Source: Eledone cirrhosa
Taxonomy: Eukaryota
Reading direction: 5' to 3'
NCBI GenBank assembly: GCA_964016885.1
Contig: OZ024743.1
Coordinates: 134,664,001-134,728,000 of the forward strand
Length of the DNA stretch: 64,000 nucleotides
Position numbers and translations under genes: made by a program. Below the pieces are notes generated by a model, which was not told where the DNA came from, ran no database searches, and saw only the letters and a list, made by a program, of their open reading frames with translations. The stretch's first letter is position 1. Every line of letters starts with the position of its first letter. Below, piece after piece: positions 60,131-64,000 of the stretch.

Positions 60131-61374
60131 TGGTGCTTGGTGCTTGGTGCTTGGTGTTTTGTGCTTGGAGCCTGGTGTTTAGTGTTTGGTGCTTGGTGCT
60201 TGGTGTTTGGTGTTTGGTGCTTGGTGCTTGGTGTTTGGTGTTTGGTACTTGGTGCTTGGTGTTTGGTGCTTGGTGCTTGGTGCTTGGTGTTTGGTGCTTG
60301 GTGCTTGGTGTTTTGTGTTTGGTGCTTGGTTCTTGGTGTTTGGTGTTTGGTGATTGGTGCTTGGTGTTTGGTGCTTGGGGTTTCGTGCTTGGTGCTTGGT
60401 GATTGGTGTTTGGTGCTTGGTGCTTGGTGTTTGGTGCTTGGAGCTTGGTGTTTGGTATTTGGTGCTTGGTGCTTGGTGTTTGGTGCTTGGTGCTTGGTGT
60501 TGTTGTTTGGTGCTTGGTGCTTGGTGCTTGGTGTTTGGTGTTTGGTGTTTGCTGTTTGCTGTTTGGTGCTTGGTGCTTGGTGCTTGGTGCTTGGTATTTG
60601 GTGTTTGGTGCTTGGTGCTTGGTGTTTGGTGTTTGGTGCTTGGTGCTTGGTGTTTTTGTTTGGTGCTTCGTGCTTGGTGTTTGGTGATTGGTGCTTGGTG
60701 CTTGGTGCTTGGTGTCTGGTGCTTGGTGCCTGGTGTTTGGTGTTTGGTGCTTGGTGCTTGGTGTTTGGTGTTTGGTGTTTGGTGCTTGGTGCTTGGTACT
60801 TGGTGTTTTGTGTTTGGTGCTTGGTGCTTGGTGCTTGGTGCTTGGTGTTTGGTGCTTGGTGCTTGATGCTTGGTGCCTGTTGCTTGGTGTTTGGTGTTTA
60901 GTGCTTGGTGCTTGGTATTTGGTGTTTGGCGCTTGGTGATTGGTGTTTGGTGTTTGGTGCTTGGTGTTTGGTGCTTGGTGCTTGGTGTTTGGTGTTTGGC
61001 GCTTGGTGCTTGGTGTTTTGTGCTTGGTGCTTGGTGCTTGGTGTTTGGTGTTTGCTGTTTGGTGTTCGCTGTTTGGTGTTTGGTGTTTCCTGTTTGGTGT
61101 TTGGTGTTTGCGGTTTGGTGTTTGCTATTTGGTGTTTGGTGTTTGGCGTTTGATGTTTGGCATTTGTTGTTTGTTGTTTGCTGTTTGCTGTTTGATGTTT
61201 GGTGTTTGGTGTTTGGTGTTTGCTGTTTGATGTTTGGTGATTGGTGTTTGATGTTTGGTGTTTGGTGCTTGGTGCTTGGTGCTTGTTGCTTAGTGTTTTA
61301 TGTTTAGCGCTTGGTGCTTGGTGTTTTGTGCTTGGTGCTTGGTGCTTGGTGTTTGGTGCTTGGTTCTTGGTGTT

Positions 61375-64000
61375 TGGTGTTTGGTGATCGGTGCTTGGTG
61401 TTTGGTGCTTGGGGTTTGGTGCTTGGTGCTTGGTGATTGGTGTTTGGTGCTTGGAGCTTGGTATTTGGTGTTTGGTGCTTGGTGCTTGGTGTTTGGTGTT
61501 TGGTGTTTGGTGCTTGGTGCTTGGTACTTGGTGTTTTGTGTTTGGTGCTTGGTGCTTGGTGCTTGGTGCTTGGTGTTTGGTGCTTGGTGCTTGATGCTTG
61601 GTGCTTGGTGCTTGGTGTTTGGTGTTTAGTGCTTGGTGCTTGGTATTTGGTGTTTGGTGCTTGGTTCTTGGTGTTTGGTGTTTGGTGCTTGGTGCTAGGT
61701 GTTTGGTGTTTGGTGTTTGGTGCTTGGTGCTTGGTGTTTGGTGATTGGTGCTTGGTACTTGGTGTTTGGTGCTCGGTGCTTGGTGCTTGGTGTTTTGTGC
61801 TTGGTGCTTGGTGTTTGGTGCTTGGTGCTTGGTGTTTGTTGCTTGGTGCTTGGTGCTTGGTGTTTGGTGCTAGGTGCTTGGTGTTTGGTGTTTGGTGTTT
61901 GGTGCTTGGTGCTTGGTGCTTGGTGTTTGGTGCTTGGTGCTTGGTGTTTTGTGTTTGGTGCTTGGTTCTTGGTGTTTGGTGTTTGGTGATTGGTGCTTGG
62001 TGTTTGGTGCTTGGTGTTTGGTGCTTGGTGCTTGGTGATTGGTGTTTGCTGCTTGGTGCTTGGTGTTTGGTGTTTGGTGCTTGGAGCTTGGTGTTTGGTG
62101 TTTGGTGCTTGGTGCTTGGTGTTTGGTGCTTGGTGCTTGGTGTTGTTGTTTGGTGCTTGGTACTTGGTGCTTGGTGTTTGGTGTTTGGTGTTTGCTGTTT
62201 GCTGTTTGGTGTTTGCTGTTTGGTGTTTGCTGTTTGGTGTTTGGTGTTTGGTGTTTGGTGTTTGGTGCTTGGTGCTTTGTTTTTGCTCTTTGGTGCTTTG
62301 TGCTTGGTGTTTGGTGTTTGGTGCTTAGTGCTTGGTGTTTGGTGTTTGGTGCTTGGTGCTTGGTGCTTGGTGCTTGCTGCTTGGTGCTTGGTGCCTGGTG
62401 TCTGGTGTTTGGTGTTTGGTGCTTGGTGCTTCGTGCTTTGTGTTTTTTGCTTGGTGCTTGGTGATTGGTGCTTGGTGCCTGGTGTTTGGTGTTTGGTGTT
62501 TGGTGCTTGGTGCTTGGTGTTTGGTATTTGGTGATTGGTGCTTCGTGTCTGGTGCTTGGTATTTGGTGCTTGGTGTTTGGTGCTTGGTGCTTGGTGCTTG
62601 GTGTTTGGTGCTTGGTGCTTGGTGCTTGGTGTTTGGTGTTTGGTGCTTGGTGCTTGGTGCTTGGTGCTTGCTGCTTGGTGCTTGGTGCCTGGTGTCTGGT
62701 GTTTGGTGTTTGGTGCTTGGTGCTTCGTGCTTTGTGTTTTTTGCTTGGTGCTTGGTGATTGGTGCTTGGTGCCTGGTGTTTGGTGTTTGGTGTTTGGTGC
62801 TTGGTGCTTGGTGTTTGGTATTTGGTGATTGGTGCTTCGTGTCTGGTGCTTGGTATTTGGTGCTTGGTGTTTGGTGCTTGGTGCTTGGTGCTTGGTGTTT
62901 GGTGCTTGGTGCTTGGTGCTTGGTGTTTGGTGTTTGGTGCTTGGTGCTTGGTGTTTGGTATTTGGTGCTTCGTGCTTGGTGTTTGGTGATTTGTGCTTGG
63001 TGTTTGGTGCTTGGTGTCTGGTGCTTGGTGCTTGGTGTTTGGTGTTTGGTGCTTGGTGCTTGGTGTTTGGTGTTTGGTGTTTGGTGCTTGGTGCTTGGTA
63101 CTTGGTGTTTGGTGCTTGGTGCTTGGTGTTTGGTGCTTGGTGCTTGGTGTTTGGTGTTTGGTGATTGGTGCTTGGTGTTTGGTGCTTGGGGTTTGGTGCT
63201 TGGTGCTTGGTGATTGGTGTTTGGTGCTTGGAGCTTGGTATTTGGTGTTTGGTGCTTGGTGCTTGGTGTTTGGTGTTTGGTGTTTGGTGCTTGGTGCTTG
63301 GTACTTGGTGTTTTGTGTTTGGTGCTTGGTGCTTGGTGCTTGGTGCTTGGTGTTTGGTGCTTGGTGCTTGATGCTTGGTGCTTGGTGCTTGGTGTTTGGT
63401 GTTTAGTGCTTGGTGCTTGGTATTTGGTGTTTGGTGCTTGGTTCTTGGTGTTTGGTGTTTGGTGCTTGGTGCTAGGTGTTTGGTGTTTGGTGTTTGGTGC
63501 TTGGTGCTTGGTGTTTGGTGATTGGTGCTTGGTACTTGGTGTTTGGTGCTCGGTGCTTGGTGCTTGGTGTTTTGTGCTTGGTGCTTGGTGTTTGGTGCTT
63601 GGTGCTTGGTGTTTGTTGCTTGGTGCTTGGTGCTTGGTGTTTGGTGCTAGGTGCTTGGTGTTTGGTGTTTGGTGTTTGGTGCTTGGTGCTTGGTGCTTGG
63701 TGTTTGGTGCTTGGTGCTTGGTGTTTTGTGTTTGGTGCTTGGTTCTTGGTGTTTGGTGTTTGGTGATTGGTGCTTGGTGTTTGGTGCTTGGTGTTTGGTG
63801 CTTGGTGCTTGGTGATTGGTGTTTGCTGCTTGGTGCTTGGTGTTTGGTGTTTGGTGCTTGGAGCTTGGTGTTTGGTGTTTGGTGCTTGGTGCTTGGTGTT
63901 TGGTGCTTGGTGCTTGGTGTTGTTGTTTGGTGCTTGGTACTTGGTGCTTGGTGTTTGGTGTTTGGTGTTTGCTGTTTGCTGTTTGGTGTTTGCTGTTTGG
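61375..64000 (+). repeat. 1,777-bp-offset duplication (~61375-62223 repeated at ~63152-64000, truncated by the window end)
   Basis: ORF-track entries 61699..61989 and 63476..63766 are identical. The same variant order runs to the window end. Confidence 0.8.
62330..62950 (+). repeat. 294-bp (42-monomer) tandem duplication
   Basis: Segments 62465/62759 and 62535/62829 are offset by 294. The marker CTTGCTGCTTGGTGCTTGGTGCCTGGTGTCTGG is at 62373 and 62667. Confidence 0.85.

Larger units (their letters stand above)
1..64000 (+). repeat. Heptamer satellite array, consensus TTGGTGY (TTGGTGC/TTGGTGT), head-to-tail, extends past both window ends
   Basis: 7-bp periodicity is visible on every line, about 9,100 monomers (64000/7). 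The + strand is almost entirely T/G, with some C and very little A. No inversion or non-repeat insertion was seen. Confidence 0.99.

Noticed and set aside
3-63766. Plus-strand hydrophobic Cys/Trp-rich ORFs resembling membrane proteins
   Set aside because: The same heptapeptide appears in all three overlapping frames, there is no unique domain, and starts and stops fall on random variant monomers. These are translation artefacts of the repeat.
1-64000. CRISPR array or other repeat-spacer system
   Set aside because: There are no unique spacers, no 23-50-bp constant repeat with intervening unique sequence, and no cas genes or leader.
1-64000. Canonical telomerase-synthesised telomere
   Set aside because: No canonical motif (TTAGGG, TTTAGGG, TTAGG) forms the array, and rare variants are copied in kilobase blocks, which indicates recombinational amplification. 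A telomere-like origin is kept only as a hypothesis.
1-64000. Cyanobacterial heptamer STRR repeats or Drosophila virilis-group heptamer satellites (AAACTAC family)
   Set aside because: STRR arrays are short and interspersed among genes. The virilis-group consensus differs from AAACACC/AAGCACC. A shared monomer length is not enough to assign a family.
1-64000. Pure sequencing noise or a random low-complexity artefact
   Set aside because: Rare variants recur in the same order across many distant, slightly diverged copies, which random error would not produce. Mis-assembly of individual copies remains possible.
1-64000. Inverted repeats, hairpins or strand switches
   Set aside because: No CACCAA-type tract was seen on the + strand, and the scarcity of A limits Watson-Crick self-pairing.

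Overview
The whole 64-kb window is one uninterrupted, single-orientation tandem array of a 7-bp G/T-rich monomer. The consensus is 5'-TTGGTG(C/T)-3' (reverse strand (A/G)CACCAA), with recurrent variants such as TTGCTGT, TTGGCGT, TTGGTGA, TTGATGT, TTGGGGT and TTAGTGC. I found no unique sequence, gene, RNA gene, transposon or CRISPR array. All listed ORFs are artefacts: 7 is coprime to 3 and the consensus has no stop codon, so every frame reads (WCLVLGA/WCLVFGV)n or (KHQAPST/KHQTPNT)n. The real structure is in the order of variant monomers, which works as a barcode and reveals nested higher-order repeats. These include a ~5.5-kb basic unit, a ~10.5-kb duplication, an apparently near-identical 6,604-bp tandem duplication, and duplications of ~7.2, 6.3-6.6, 3.65, 3.2, 1.78, 1.5, 1.13, 0.7, 0.65, 0.62 and 0.29 kb joined at in-register junctions. 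The best reading is a eukaryotic satellite (centromeric, pericentromeric or telomere-like) amplified by unequal recombination. Organism and function cannot be determined from this sequence. Offsets were derived by eye from marker motifs and the ORF track, so block boundaries are approximate.
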